Below, piece by piece: positions 43,952 through 53,025 of a DNA stretch of 64,000 nt. The notes under the pieces were generated by a model. It ran no database searches, was not told the origin of the DNA, and worked only from the letters and a program-made list of their open reading frames with translations. Both the position numbers and the translations under genes were made by a program. The DNA is taken from the NCBI GenBank assembly GCA_001779315.1, contig MFJU01000001.1, positions 6,258 through 70,257 of the forward strand, written 5' to 3'. The stretch's first letter is position 1. Every line of letters begins with the position of its first letter. The stretch comes from Candidatus Gottesmanbacteria bacterium RIFCSPLOWO2_01_FULL_42_22. Lineage in GTDB: Bacteria; Patescibacteriota; Microgenomatia; 2-02-FULL-39-11.

Positions 43952-43988
43952 CATAATAATAGAAGCCCTGACAGCAGGGCTTCTTTTT
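43952..43988. terminator. Intrinsic terminator-like hairpin downstream of glnA
   Basis: AGAAGCCCTG-ACAG-CAGGGCTTCT, with a T-run on + and an AT-rich tail on -. Confidence 0.65.
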
Positions 43989-44006
43989 AATAATTGGTTT
44001 TCTTGT

Positions 44007-45353
44007 TTAGGTAATTTCCAGGTATTTGGCCATTTCCCAATCGGTGACGTGAATGCGGAAGTCATCCCACTCTGCCTTTTTGGCTTCCAAATACCTGCTC
44101 CAGGTATAATCACCAAAGATATCCCGGACAATTCTGCCTTTTTCGATTTCATCAATCGCCTCTTTGAGCGAGGCCGGCAGTTTGGTAATGTAATGTTTTG
44201 CCAAGCGTGCATCGTCAAATTCGAAAAGATTCTCTTCGACCGGTTCCGGTGCTTTCATCGCCTTTTTAATGCCTTCCAGCCCGATTTTTAACAAAACGGC
44301 AAAGGTCAGATAAGGATTACTGGCCGGGTCCGGACTTCTGATTTCCAGCCTGGTGGCCTTTTCCTCTGTGCCTTTGGAAACTTTCGGTACGCGGATGAGG
44401 GCCGAGCGGTTGATTCTGGCCCAGCAGGCATAGACCGGCGCTTCATAGCCCGGTGTCAGACGCTTATAGGAATTGACCGTCGGCGCAAAAACACCGCTAA
44501 TTTCCCTGACATGCTTCAATTGTCCCGCTAGATATTGATAGGCAATTTTTGACAGGCCGTATTTATCGGCTTTGTCATAAAAGGCATTACGGCCGCCTTT
44601 CCACATAGATTGGTGGATATGCATACCCGAGCCGTTGATGCCGAAAAAGGGTTTCGGCATAAAAGTAGCATGAAAGTTATGCTTAAAGGCGATGAATTTT
44701 GTGGCCATCTTCAGAGTAATGGTGTTATCTGCTGTTCTCAAAGCCTTGTCATAACGGATGTCAATCTCATGCTGGTTATCAGCTACCTCATGGGTTGAGG
44801 ATTCTGTGATAATCCCCATTTGAGCGATGGCTTCCATTATCTCCCGTTTAATAAGATAGGTCTCATCCATGATCAGATCGAAATAATAACCGTTGCCTTT
44901 TGACTGAGGCAAGATACAACCGGAAGCGTCTTTGGGAAAAAGGAAAAATTCACATTCCGGGCCGGTGTAAAATTCAAAACCCAATTGTTTGGCTTCCATT
45001 AAAACCTTTTTCAGAATCTGCCTCGGATCGCCGTCAAAAGGTTCATGATTCGGTTTATAAACATCGCAAATGACTCTGGCTACTCTTCCCGTTTCAACAT
45101 TATTTCTCCAGGGCATAAGCGCGTAGGTATCCGGATCCGGCATCAGATACATGTCAGATTCATGGATCCTGGCATAACCTTCAATTGAAGAACCGTCAAT
45201 CCAGACACCCCGGACCATGGCATCGGGTAAATTATAGGCAGGAATGGTCGAGCTTTTTATATTGCCCAAAAAATCGGTAAATTGCAGATCGACAAAAGAA
45301 ACTTTATCTTTTTTTACGCGTTCCAGCACCTCTTTAATGTTGTCTTTAGGCAT
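44007..45353 (-). CDS. glnA: Glutamine synthetase type I
   Basis: IDGSSIEGY, GPECEFFLF, HEVA..QHEI, TFMPKP, NGSGMH, RLTPGYEAP, NRSALIRVP. Confidence 0.97.
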   Translation of the reverse strand: MPKDNIKEVLERVKKDKVSFVDLQFTDFLGNIKSSTIPAYNLPDAMVRGVWIDGSSIEGYARIHESDMYLMPDPDTYALMPWRNNVETGRVARVICDVYKPNHEPFDGDPRQILKKVLMEAKQLGFEFYTGPECEFFLFPKDASGCILPQSKGNGYYFDLIMDETYLIKREIMEAIAQMGIITESSTHEVADNQHEIDIRYDKALRTADNTITLKMATKFIAFKHNFHATFMPKPFFGINGSGMHIHQSMWKGGRNAFYDKADKYGLSKIAYQYLAGQLKHVREISGVFAPTVNSYKRLTPGYEAPVYACWARINRSALIRVPKVSKGTEEKATRLEIRSPDPASNPYLTFAVLLKIGLEGIKKAMKAPEPVEENLFEFDDARLAKHYITKLPASLKEAIDEIEKGRIVRDIFGDYTWSRYLEAKKAEWDDFRIHVTDWEMAKYLEIT

Positions 45354-45394
45354 GAGTCTAATCTCCTATAGTAATTTTAATAATCCAGGATAAT

Positions 45395-45434
45395 AAAAAA
45401 AGTCCTCTGCCTCATCATTGAGAGCAGAAGACTT
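45395..45434 (-). terminator. Intrinsic terminator in the glnA leader
   Basis: mRNA AAGUCUUCUGC...GCAGAGGACUU followed by a U-tract. Confidence 0.85.
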
Positions 45435-45460
45435 CGCTGTCTTGCCCCGCTTCTTTGCGG
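45428..45460 (-). promoter_or_regulatory. ANTAR-binding dual hexaloop RNA element
   Basis: CCGC-AAAGAA-GCGG and AAGAC-AGCGAA-GUCUU; both loops have A1 and G4; P2 overlaps the terminator 5' arm. Confidence 0.85.
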
Positions 45461-45471
45461 AATAATTATTT

Positions 45472-45501
45472 ATCTTAAATCCGGAAACAGCCTTCTGTCA
45501 A
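45472..45501 (-). promoter_or_regulatory. Sigma70 promoter for the glnA leader
   Basis: TTGACA-N18-TAAGAT; the -35 box overlaps the stop codon of the ANTAR gene. Confidence 0.65.
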
Positions 45502-46214
45502 GCCCTGAATTTTATTCTGTCAGCCAGGATGACGGCTTCGGCTATTTCGCGGATCGATTTGCGGCTGTTCATGCTTTCCTGTTGCAGTCTTCGGTAAGCC
45601 TGATTTTCGTTTAAACTTAAGTTTTTCATCAAAATTCCTTTAGCTTTTTCCAAAACTTTCCTCATTTCCAGAGTTTCCCGGATAGCCAATGATTCTTCTA
45701 TCAATAAGGCATTTTCAATGGCAGTTCCTGCTAATTTGCCTATGGCTGACAAAAGGTTAATTTCCGTTGACGTATGTTTATGGATCTTCCTGTGCTGGAT
45801 ATTAATGACTCCGCAAACACCTTTTTTATTGAGAATGGGCACTGACAGGAAAGCTTCAAATTTGTCCTCGGGGAGACTTCGGAAATATTTGAAACGGCTA
45901 TCACGGGCCGCACCTTTGGAGATTGCCACGGGCTTTTTCTCTTTGGCCACCCAGCCGGTGATGCCTTCGCCCAATTTCATTTTTATCTGTTTCAACAAAT
46001 TACTGTGGGGATTTTTGGAGGCCCTCAGAATTAGTTCGTTCTGTCCTTCATCCAGGACATAAATCAGGCAGGAATCAGCCCGGGTCACGGAAGTCGCTAT
46101 TTTGACGATTTCCTTAAGCAGTTCATCTATTTCCAGCTTTTGAATATCCTGTGTAATTTTATACAAAAAGGACAATTCTTTATTAAGTTCCGAAATCCGG
46201 GTTTTTGCATTCAT
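45498..46214 (-). CDS. GAF-ANTAR RNA-binding antiterminator
   Basis: GAF motifs (GEGITGWVA, FLSVPI, GVINIQ) and ANTAR motif RKVLEKAKGILM...AYRRLQQESMN...IREIAEAVI. Confidence 0.92.
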   Translation of the reverse strand: MNAKTRISELNKELSFLYKITQDIQKLEIDELLKEIVKIATSVTRADSCLIYVLDEGQNELILRASKNPHSNLLKQIKMKLGEGITGWVAKEKKPVAISKGAARDSRFKYFRSLPEDKFEAFLSVPILNKKGVCGVINIQHRKIHKHTSTEINLLSAIGKLAGTAIENALLIEESLAIRETLEMRKVLEKAKGILMKNLSLNENQAYRRLQQESMNSRKSIREIAEAVILADRIKFRA

Positions 46215-46966
46215 ATGATTTTTTCGAGAATAGCCTGATGGGCTTGTTTTTCCTCGCTATCGGGAAGTAGGGACAATTTTATCTCTTTTCCGTATTTTTT
46301 TTCAAGGGCGCGCCCTATCAACCAATCGGCCACCAACCAATTTTTAGGTAAAAATGGACCGTGATAATAACTGCCGATAGCATTCCGGCAAATCCCTCCT
46401 TCAAATCCGTCATCACCGTTGTTTCCCCCACCCGCCAAAACTTCTGCCAGTGGTTTCATTTTCGGACCTAAATATGTCCGGCCGCCGTGGTTTTCAAAAC
46501 CTACGATAGTGATTCCTTTTAATCCCGTAGGATTAATAATTTTTGCTGCGCAATTGCTTATGAGCCGCTGTTTTTGGTCTCCGGGATGTTCTGTATGAAG
46601 ATCAAATATTGAAGCTCCGGGAATGGGATCTCCCTGATATGGCTTATAATAATGCCCGGCAGCCTGGTAAGCGGCGCAGACGAAAAGGGCAGGGATATTC
46701 TTTTTAATCATTTCCTTCAAGATAGGTCCTTTATTTTGAATAAAATCATCCGCGGCCACTCTTTGCTGCCGGTCCTGGGCTCCGCCCATGAAAATTAAAT
46801 CAGTCTTTTTTAAATCTTGTTTATTATTCTCCAGAGTTATCGGCAGGACCGAAACTCCGATTCCTCTCCACTGGCAGCGACGGGTCAGACAATAAATATT
46901 GCCGCGGTCACCGTAAGTAGACATCAAATCAGGATAAAGCCAGGCGATTGTTAGTTTGTAGTTCAT
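46211..46966 (-). CDS. gatD: Lipid II isoglutaminyl synthase, glutaminase subunit (CobQ-like GatD)
   Basis: LYPDLMSTYGDRGN, GGAQD, CAAYQ, GFENHGG, HGPFLPKN. Confidence 0.9.
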   Translation of the reverse strand: MNYKLTIAWLYPDLMSTYGDRGNIYCLTRRCQWRGIGVSVLPITLENNKQDLKKTDLIFMGGAQDRQQRVAADDFIQNKGPILKEMIKKNIPALFVCAAYQAAGHYYKPYQGDPIPGASIFDLHTEHPGDQKQRLISNCAAKIINPTGLKGITIVGFENHGGRTYLGPKMKPLAEVLAGGGNNGDDGFEGGICRNAIGSYYHGPFLPKNWLVADWLIGRALEKKYGKEIKLSLLPDSEEKQAHQAILEKII

Positions 46967-46976
46967 AGTTTGTTGT

Positions 46977-48260
46977 TTATAGAATTTTTTTGCCGGATAT
47001 GATTTTTCTGATATCCAGCATGGCAGAATAAGTCGCCAGGATAAATAATTTTTCTCCCGCAACTTGCATCCCTACTGCTTGTTTGACTGCTTTTTGTAAA
47101 TCTGTTTCCAATAAGTAATTTTTCAAGCCGCTGTATTTGATGCGTAAACCCAAATCATAGGCCCTGTCCCCGGACAAAGTCAGATGGATAGATGCGGGAA
47201 TCATTTCGAAATCAACATCCCATATCCAGGAAACATCCCGACCGTCAGGTATCCGGTCATTTAATACAATCAGCAGATTATTGGCTTTAAGATCTAAAGC
47301 GGTTCTCAAAGATTCATTGAAGCCGGCCGGATTTTTGGACAGCATCAGTTTGATAAATCTGCCCATATATTCCATTTCCTCCTGCCTGCCAAAGGCCGGC
47401 CGCACTCTTTTTAATCCCTTTTTGATAACCGCCTCATCAATTTTCAATACCTTGGCAGAGGCGGCCGCTGCCTGGGTATTGTATTTGTTGTAAAGCCCGG
47501 GCAAAGGGGAATCCCAATTAAAAATTTGAGGGGATGGCCTTTTTAAATCGCACTTGAGACACTGCCACCACCCTAGATGGGAATAATAAACTGCGGAAAA
47601 TTTCAGACGGCTGCCGCAAGACGGGCAAAAAAGGGAATCCGTGGCGTGTTCAAAAGTTTTTTTCTGCCCTATTTTGTCATTCAAACCGAAATAAATAGTT
47701 TTGAGAGAGGCATTCTTGCCCAGGAAGGCGATCTGGGGGTCATCGCTGTTCAAAACCAATTTAGTTTTTTGAGTCAGTTTCCTGATAGCTTTCTGCCACT
47801 TTTCGGTGATGATATCAACTTCCCCATAGCGGTCCAGCTGGTCGCGGAAAAGATTGAGACAGACAAGCAAATCCGGAGACAGATTATCAAGTATGGCCGG
47901 CAGGGCATTTTCATCCGCTTCCAAAATGGCAAAATCACCATTTAAACTGCCGCTGATACTTGAGATCTGGATCAGCGATGAAACAACCCCGTTGACCAGA
48001 TTAGCTCCCGATGAATTGCTGATAACCTTAAAACCGGCTCCCTCCAGAATTGTTTTTACCATGAGTGAAGTAGTCGTCTTGCCGTTGGTACCGGCGATGA
48101 CAATCGTGCCTTTTAATTTTTGCGCTAATTTCTTAAGGAGGAAAGGATCAATTGCCAACGCCAGTTCTCCGGGCCAGGTGCCTCCGGCTCCCAGATTAAA
48201 AAGAGTACTAATTTTCCAAACAAGTTTGGCGATTAAAATGGCAAAATATTGCCTGATCAT
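46977..48260 (-). CDS. murT: Lipid II isoglutaminyl synthase, ligase subunit
   Basis: GTNGKTTT, EADE, NLFRDQLDRYGE, Cys4 zinc finger, KNPAG, DGRDVSWIWD, TYSAM. Confidence 0.93.
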   Translation of the reverse strand: MIRQYFAILIAKLVWKISTLFNLGAGGTWPGELALAIDPFLLKKLAQKLKGTIVIAGTNGKTTTSLMVKTILEGAGFKVISNSSGANLVNGVVSSLIQISSISGSLNGDFAILEADENALPAILDNLSPDLLVCLNLFRDQLDRYGEVDIITEKWQKAIRKLTQKTKLVLNSDDPQIAFLGKNASLKTIYFGLNDKIGQKKTFEHATDSLFCPSCGSRLKFSAVYYSHLGWWQCLKCDLKRPSPQIFNWDSPLPGLYNKYNTQAAAASAKVLKIDEAVIKKGLKRVRPAFGRQEEMEYMGRFIKLMLSKNPAGFNESLRTALDLKANNLLIVLNDRIPDGRDVSWIWDVDFEMIPASIHLTLSGDRAYDLGLRIKYSGLKNYLLETDLQKAVKQAVGMQVAGEKLFILATYSAMLDIRKIISGKKIL

Positions 48261-48322
48261 AAAATTTGAAGACTGCTAATCAATTTTCCTACACCATCCA
48301 GGTAGATTAAGGCTACACCTTC

Positions 48323-49219
48323 CTACATGGCGGTTAAAATCTTTACCCTTTCGGATATGGGGGGATGGGTATTGAAAAGATTGGCAAACCAGGCGGAAAA
48401 GTTTTTGTCTTTAAAGGGATTGACAATATACAAATGAGCCGTGGCGTTGGTGGCCGCTTCCAGGACTTCCTTGTCAGCGGATATTTTCTGCAAAGCCGAG
48501 GCCAGTGCATCCGGATTTCTGGTCAAGAGAGCTCCGGACGCATCAGCCAGGAATTCCCTTCTTCTGGAAATTGCTAACTGGATCAGAGTCGCCACTAAAG
48601 GCGCGATTAAAGCCAGAACAATACTCATCAGGAATAATACAGCCGAGATATTACTCCTGTCATCCCTGTCCCTCTTACCCCACCATAGAGATCTTGAGAA
48701 CCAGTCAGACAGAAGAGCAATGACACCGACCATGATTGACACTATGGCCATCAGCCGGATATCAAAATTCTGGATATGGGAAATTTCGTGGGCAATAACC
48801 CCTTCCAACTCCCTTCTGGACAATTTATTGATGAGGCCGCGGGTGGCACAGACTACAGCGTGTTCCGGATCCCGGCCGGTGGCAAAAGCATTGGGAGCGC
48901 TGTCTTCAATCACATAAACTTTAGGTTTAGGGATACCGGCTGATAAAGCTATGTTCTCGGTGACGGTATAGAGGTCAAAATCTTTCTTGCGGTCAGCTAA
49001 CCGCGCTCCCGACAAAGTCAGGACCATTTTGTCTGAATAATAATAGCTGACCAGACTCATGATACCTGAGATGATCAGGCCCAGGCCGATCCACGATGAA
49101 CCATAACCCAAAGATTTACCCAGGATGTAACTGACCGTCACCACAAACAACATAAAAATCGTCATCACCATGACGGTTTTCATTTTATTGGCTTGTATCT
49201 GGCTGTGAATTGAGATCAT
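48323..49219 (-). CDS. htpX: M48 zinc metalloprotease HtpX
   Basis: PNAFATG, HEISH, SRRREFLAD, THPP. Confidence 0.93.
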   Translation of the reverse strand: MISIHSQIQANKMKTVMVMTIFMLFVVTVSYILGKSLGYGSSWIGLGLIISGIMSLVSYYYSDKMVLTLSGARLADRKKDFDLYTVTENIALSAGIPKPKVYVIEDSAPNAFATGRDPEHAVVCATRGLINKLSRRELEGVIAHEISHIQNFDIRLMAIVSIMVGVIALLSDWFSRSLWWGKRDRDDRSNISAVLFLMSIVLALIAPLVATLIQLAISRRREFLADASGALLTRNPDALASALQKISADKEVLEAATNATAHLYIVNPFKDKNFSAWFANLFNTHPPISERVKILTAM

Positions 49220-49767
49220 TCCCCGAATTTTACCTCAACTTTTTTCCTGTCTTCTTTTTTGGCTTCATAATATTCCTTATCGCGGAAATTGAACTTTCCG
49301 GCAATTAAAGCATTCGGAAACATCTGGAGCTTTGTATTATACTCCATGACCATGGTATTGTGATGCTGCCGGGAAAAGGAAACTTTGTCTTCCGTATCCG
49401 CCAGTTCCTTCTGAAGCTGCAGGAAATTCTCATTCGCCTTCAGATTCGGATAATTCTCAGCCACGGCAAAAAGGGATTTTAATACACCGGACAATTGGTT
49501 GTCAGCCTGTGCTTTTTCTTTCGGGCTGGAGGCAGACAGAAGAGCAGATCTGGCACGGGTTATATTCTCCAGAAGTTTTTTTTCATGTTTGGTATAACCT
49601 TTGACCGTTTCCACCAGATTGGGTATTAAATCTGCCCTTCTTTTCAGCTGGACATCAATCTGGCTCCAGGCCTCACCTACCCTCATTTTTGATGAAACCA
49701 AATCATTATAGATGTACCAAATATATAAGGCAATCAATCCTAATATGGCCGCTAAAGCAAATAACAT
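49216..49767 (-). CDS. lemA: LemA family protein
   Basis: AWSQIDVQLKRRADLIPNLV, AVAENYPNLKA; GGAGGTG SD before ATG 49767. Confidence 0.95.
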   Translation of the reverse strand: MLFALAAILGLIALYIWYIYNDLVSSKMRVGEAWSQIDVQLKRRADLIPNLVETVKGYTKHEKKLLENITRARSALLSASSPKEKAQADNQLSGVLKSLFAVAENYPNLKANENFLQLQKELADTEDKVSFSRQHHNTMVMEYNTKLQMFPNALIAGKFNFRDKEYYEAKKEDRKKVEVKFGE

Positions 49768-49774
49768 CAGTAAA

Positions 49775-51562
49775 TCACCTCCGATCAAATAACCATTCTT
49801 TAAATTTATTATACGGCAAAGTGTTAAGTATATCCTTTTTTTCAGCCCAACCGCGGCGGGCGACGGATATACCGTATTCCATTAAATCCATCGATTCACG
49901 GTCATGGCTGTCGGTGTCGATAATAAGTTTATTACCGTTGTCAACCGCTCTTTTTACCAGAACGTCAACCAAATCCAGCCGGGCCGGGTGAGCATTGATT
50001 TCAATGGCCTTATTTTTTTCTTTGGCAAAATTAAAAATCCTCTGCCAATCCAGATCATAACCTTCACGTTTACCTATTAAACGGCCTGAAGGATGAGCCA
50101 GTATTTTTGCTTTACGATGCGAATAGGCAGACAGAACTCTTTTTGTCATTTCTTCCTTTGGCATTTGAAAACTGCTGTGTATTGAAATAACCACAGCATC
50201 AACAAATTCAAATGCTTTTTCCGGTAAGGCTAATTTCCCTTCAGGAAGGATATCAACCTCCATCATGATGAATAATTTTACCCGAACACTTTTTATCTTA
50301 GACATTATTTGTTCATAATCAGCCTTTCGTCTTTTCATAATACCCACAATTTCATTTTCAGTATGTTTAGAAATGCTCGGATTATGGTCACTGATACCTA
50401 AATATTCATAACCCAGTCTTTGGGCTTTATCTACCATCTCTCCCAAGGAATTCTGACCAAGATCATGTGACGGCTCCAAATTATAGTTTGTGTGGATATG
50501 GACTTCGCCTTTAATGTCAGCTAGTTTTACCAGATCAGGCAGCTTGCTGTTTTCCGCTGCTTCTATTTCGCCCAAATCTTCCCTTAGTTCAGGCGGGATC
50601 CATGGCAGTCCAAGATATTTATAAAAATCCTCTTCTTGAGAGAATTCCATAATTTTTTGTTTTTTGTGTTTTAAAAGTTTAATACCGTATTCGGACAGGG
50701 ATAGACCTTTTTTCAGAGCAAATTCCCTTAGATGGATATTATGCTGTTTGCTACCGGTAAAATACTGCAACATGGCTCCGAAACTTTGCGGTTTTTGCAC
50801 TCTCAGATCCGCCTGCTGTCCGTTATCCAAAATCATACTGGCTCCGCCCGGTCCAATCTCTATCGTTTTATCTTTTTTAGGATATTTCAGGAAGTGATCA
50901 AGCACTTTTTTGGGATCGATTGTAGCTACCGCGATATCAACATCGCCTATAGTTGACACTTTCCGCCTTAAACTGCCTAACGGTTCAACTTTTTCAGTCT
51001 CCTCCAGTTTTTGCAAATACGCAACCAATAGCTTGGCTGAACTATCCGCAATCGGCAAAGGCATGCGTTTTTTCTTGTTCTGGCCCTGCTTAAACCTCTC
51101 CAGGGCTTCAATAATATCAGCCTGTGATTTAGCTCCGAATCCCTCCAATGAAGCGATTTTGTCATCTTTGGCAGCCTTCAGAAGCTTATCTACGGCCTTA
51201 TTAGCATCAGTCAAATTAAATTCGTGAGCCAACCTGTAGGCTTTTTTGGGGCCAAATCCGGAGACATCGAGCAGGATTAGCATGCCTGCCGGCACAGTTT
51301 TAAACAATTCCTCGTATTCACGGACTTTTCCTTTGGTGAATAACTGGTTCAGGTGGCCGGAAAGGGTAGCTCCTATCCCCGGGATTTCCGATAACCTCTT
51401 ATCCTGCCATAAATCCCTGATCTCAAGATTGCTGGTTTCGATGGCATCGGCCGCTTTCTCAAAAGCGATTATGCGGAAACGGTTGACATTCTGGACGGTA
51501 TAGATCGCCGCCACTTGCCTGAAGAGTCTGGCGATATCGGCATTAGCTATTTTTAAAGCCAT
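49775..51562 (-). CDS. polX: DNA polymerase X with PHP domain
   Basis: HhH motifs, GSLRR..GDVDI, YFTGSKQHN, PPELRE, PHP motifs HIHT, SDH, DSH. Confidence 0.93.
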   Translation of the reverse strand: MALKIANADIARLFRQVAAIYTVQNVNRFRIIAFEKAADAIETSNLEIRDLWQDKRLSEIPGIGATLSGHLNQLFTKGKVREYEELFKTVPAGMLILLDVSGFGPKKAYRLAHEFNLTDANKAVDKLLKAAKDDKIASLEGFGAKSQADIIEALERFKQGQNKKKRMPLPIADSSAKLLVAYLQKLEETEKVEPLGSLRRKVSTIGDVDIAVATIDPKKVLDHFLKYPKKDKTIEIGPGGASMILDNGQQADLRVQKPQSFGAMLQYFTGSKQHNIHLREFALKKGLSLSEYGIKLLKHKKQKIMEFSQEEDFYKYLGLPWIPPELREDLGEIEAAENSKLPDLVKLADIKGEVHIHTNYNLEPSHDLGQNSLGEMVDKAQRLGYEYLGISDHNPSISKHTENEIVGIMKRRKADYEQIMSKIKSVRVKLFIMMEVDILPEGKLALPEKAFEFVDAVVISIHSSFQMPKEEMTKRVLSAYSHRKAKILAHPSGRLIGKREGYDLDWQRIFNFAKEKNKAIEINAHPARLDLVDVLVKRAVDNGNKLIIDTDSHDRESMDLMEYGISVARRGWAEKKDILNTLPYNKFKEWLFDRR

Positions 51563-51590
51563 ATTTATCTAAACTATACTAGCATACGTA

Positions 51591-51619
51591 TTGACCCTGC
51601 CTCAATCATTTGATATCAT
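51591..51619 (+). promoter_or_regulatory. Promoter of tRNA-Asp
   Basis: TTGACC-N17-TATCAT with extended TG. Confidence 0.6.
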
Positions 51620-51642
51620 CGCTCAGAATAGAGCAGTCTTAC

Positions 51643-51715
51643 GGGCTCGTGGTGTAGCGGTTAACATGTCGCCCTGTCGAGGCGAAGATCGCCGGTTCGA
51701 ATCCGGTCGGGCCCG
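51643..51715 (+). tRNA. tRNA-Asp(GTC)
   Basis: Cloverleaf GGGCTCG/CGGGCCC, anticodon arm TCGCC-CTGTCGA-GGCGA, TTCGAAT loop; no encoded CCA. Confidence 0.96.
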
Positions 51716-51828
51716 CTTTCACCTCGCCGAAGTTATAAAACGAAGGCGGGCGGCGAGGTTGTAGCGAGGTAAACCCGCCTAGTATTTCCTTTAATATCTG
51801 CCCGGAAAGGAGGAAATTTATCCTTTCT

Positions 51829-52392
51829 ATGTGGAAACAGATACTTAAAAAATTAGATTTTCCCGAATCATACATCTCTATCGCCTTGGGTTTTCTGGTC
51901 GTCTTAGTCGCCGGAATTCTGACTTATAACTATTTCAGTAAAAATAAAATAACTCAAAGTCAGGAGGAGATCGCCAAACAGGAGGAGATCGCCAAACAGG
52001 AAAAGCAGGCGATACCGAAAGATCTTCCGGCAAAATACACCGTCAAGTCATCCGACAGTTTATGGAAAATTGCCGAAGAGTATTACGGTTCAGGTTACAA
52101 CTGGGTTTCGATCGCTCAGGAAAACAGTATTTCGGCTTCAAATCCTGACTATTTGCAGGAAGGCTGGGTATTGAATATACCGAAAGCAGAAGTTATCCGG
52201 CCGGCAGGAGATATTTCAGCTGCCGAAACAGTTCAGCCGAAGGAATATACGGTTCAAAAAGGCGATACATTATGGGCAATTGCCAATAAGGAAACAGGAT
52301 CGGGCTACAACTGGACAAAAATCGCTCAATACAATGCCTTGCAGAATCCTGACCTGATTTATTCCGGCAACGTTCTAAAGATCCCAAGATAA
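51829..52392 (+). CDS. Membrane-anchored protein with two LysM domains
   Basis: TM helix, then YTVKSSDSLWKIA and YTVQKGDTLWAIA; 18 bp tandem duplication (QEEIAK x2) at 51961-51996. Confidence 0.92.
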   Translation: MWKQILKKLDFPESYISIALGFLVVLVAGILTYNYFSKNKITQSQEEIAKQEEIAKQEKQAIPKDLPAKYTVKSSDSLWKIAEEYYGSGYNWVSIAQENSISASNPDYLQEGWVLNIPKAEVIRPAGDISAAETVQPKEYTVQKGDTLWAIANKETGSGYNWTKIAQYNALQNPDLIYSGNVLKIPR

Positions 52393-52485
52393 TATTTCCG
52401 GATTCCGGTTTTATTTATTTCCGTCAAAAACGGATATTCTTTTGTGCTTTTAAGCCGTATGTCTATTTGCTATACTGATTCTCGT

Positions 52486-52560
52486 GCGGGCGTAGTTCAG
52501 CGGTAGAATGTCTCCTTCCCAAGGAGAAGGTCGTGGGTTCAAATCCCATCGCCCGCTCCA
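52486..52560 (+). tRNA. tRNA-Gly(CCC)
   Basis: GCGGGCG/CGCCCGC-T-CCA, anticodon arm TCTCC-TTCCCAA-GGAGA. Confidence 0.97.
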
Positions 52561-52587
52561 AACGAAATCAGCGCGGGTTAGTTTCGC

Positions 52588-52975
52588 TCAGAACTGTTTT
52601 TCGAGGGATTCTTCGATTTTGTCTGCATCAACACGCTGCAGCATCTTCGGCAGTTCACGGTCCTGTGAAGTATCGATACCCATTTTATCCGTAATCATCT
52701 TCTGCATCTCTAAAAGTTTGGTGATTTCCTGTTCGGTAATCATATCAATCTGCAAGTCCATTTCTTCCCTCAAATCGAATAAACGGGAAGCCCTGTTTTG
52801 GGAAATTAAATACCGGAAAACCGATGCTGCCGATTTTTAAATTTATCCAATCAGCAATTATTTGAATGATTGTCCTTCTGGCATCAGCCTTGGCTTTGAG
52901 CGCTCTTACTGACAGGCGGGATGTAGGGATTTTATATTTAATATTCCCAGGCAAAGATTCTGATTTATTTACCAT
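52588..52975 (-). pseudogene. DUF1003-like membrane protein with internal deletion and frameshift
   Basis: 5' frame ..IADWI..GSIGF and 3' frame LISQNRASRL..LREEMDLQID; the central TM/FDPYPF segment is absent. Confidence 0.7.
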
Positions 52976-53025
52976 CGATCTTTAATGTAGCGGAAAAAGA
53001 CCGGCAATTCAAGGAAAAGAGAAAG

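Noticed and set aside
43906-44006. Second ANTAR element upstream of the asparaginase-like gene
   Set aside because: Only one hairpin with a 4 nt loop; no AxxGxx hexaloop pair
51961-51996. 18 bp tandem repeat as a possible array
   Set aside because: Simple in-frame duplication (QEEIAK x2) with no spacers
51639-52840. ORFs 51639-51875 and 52508-52840
   Set aside because: They overlap tRNA-Asp and tRNA-Gly; the translations reflect tRNA sequence
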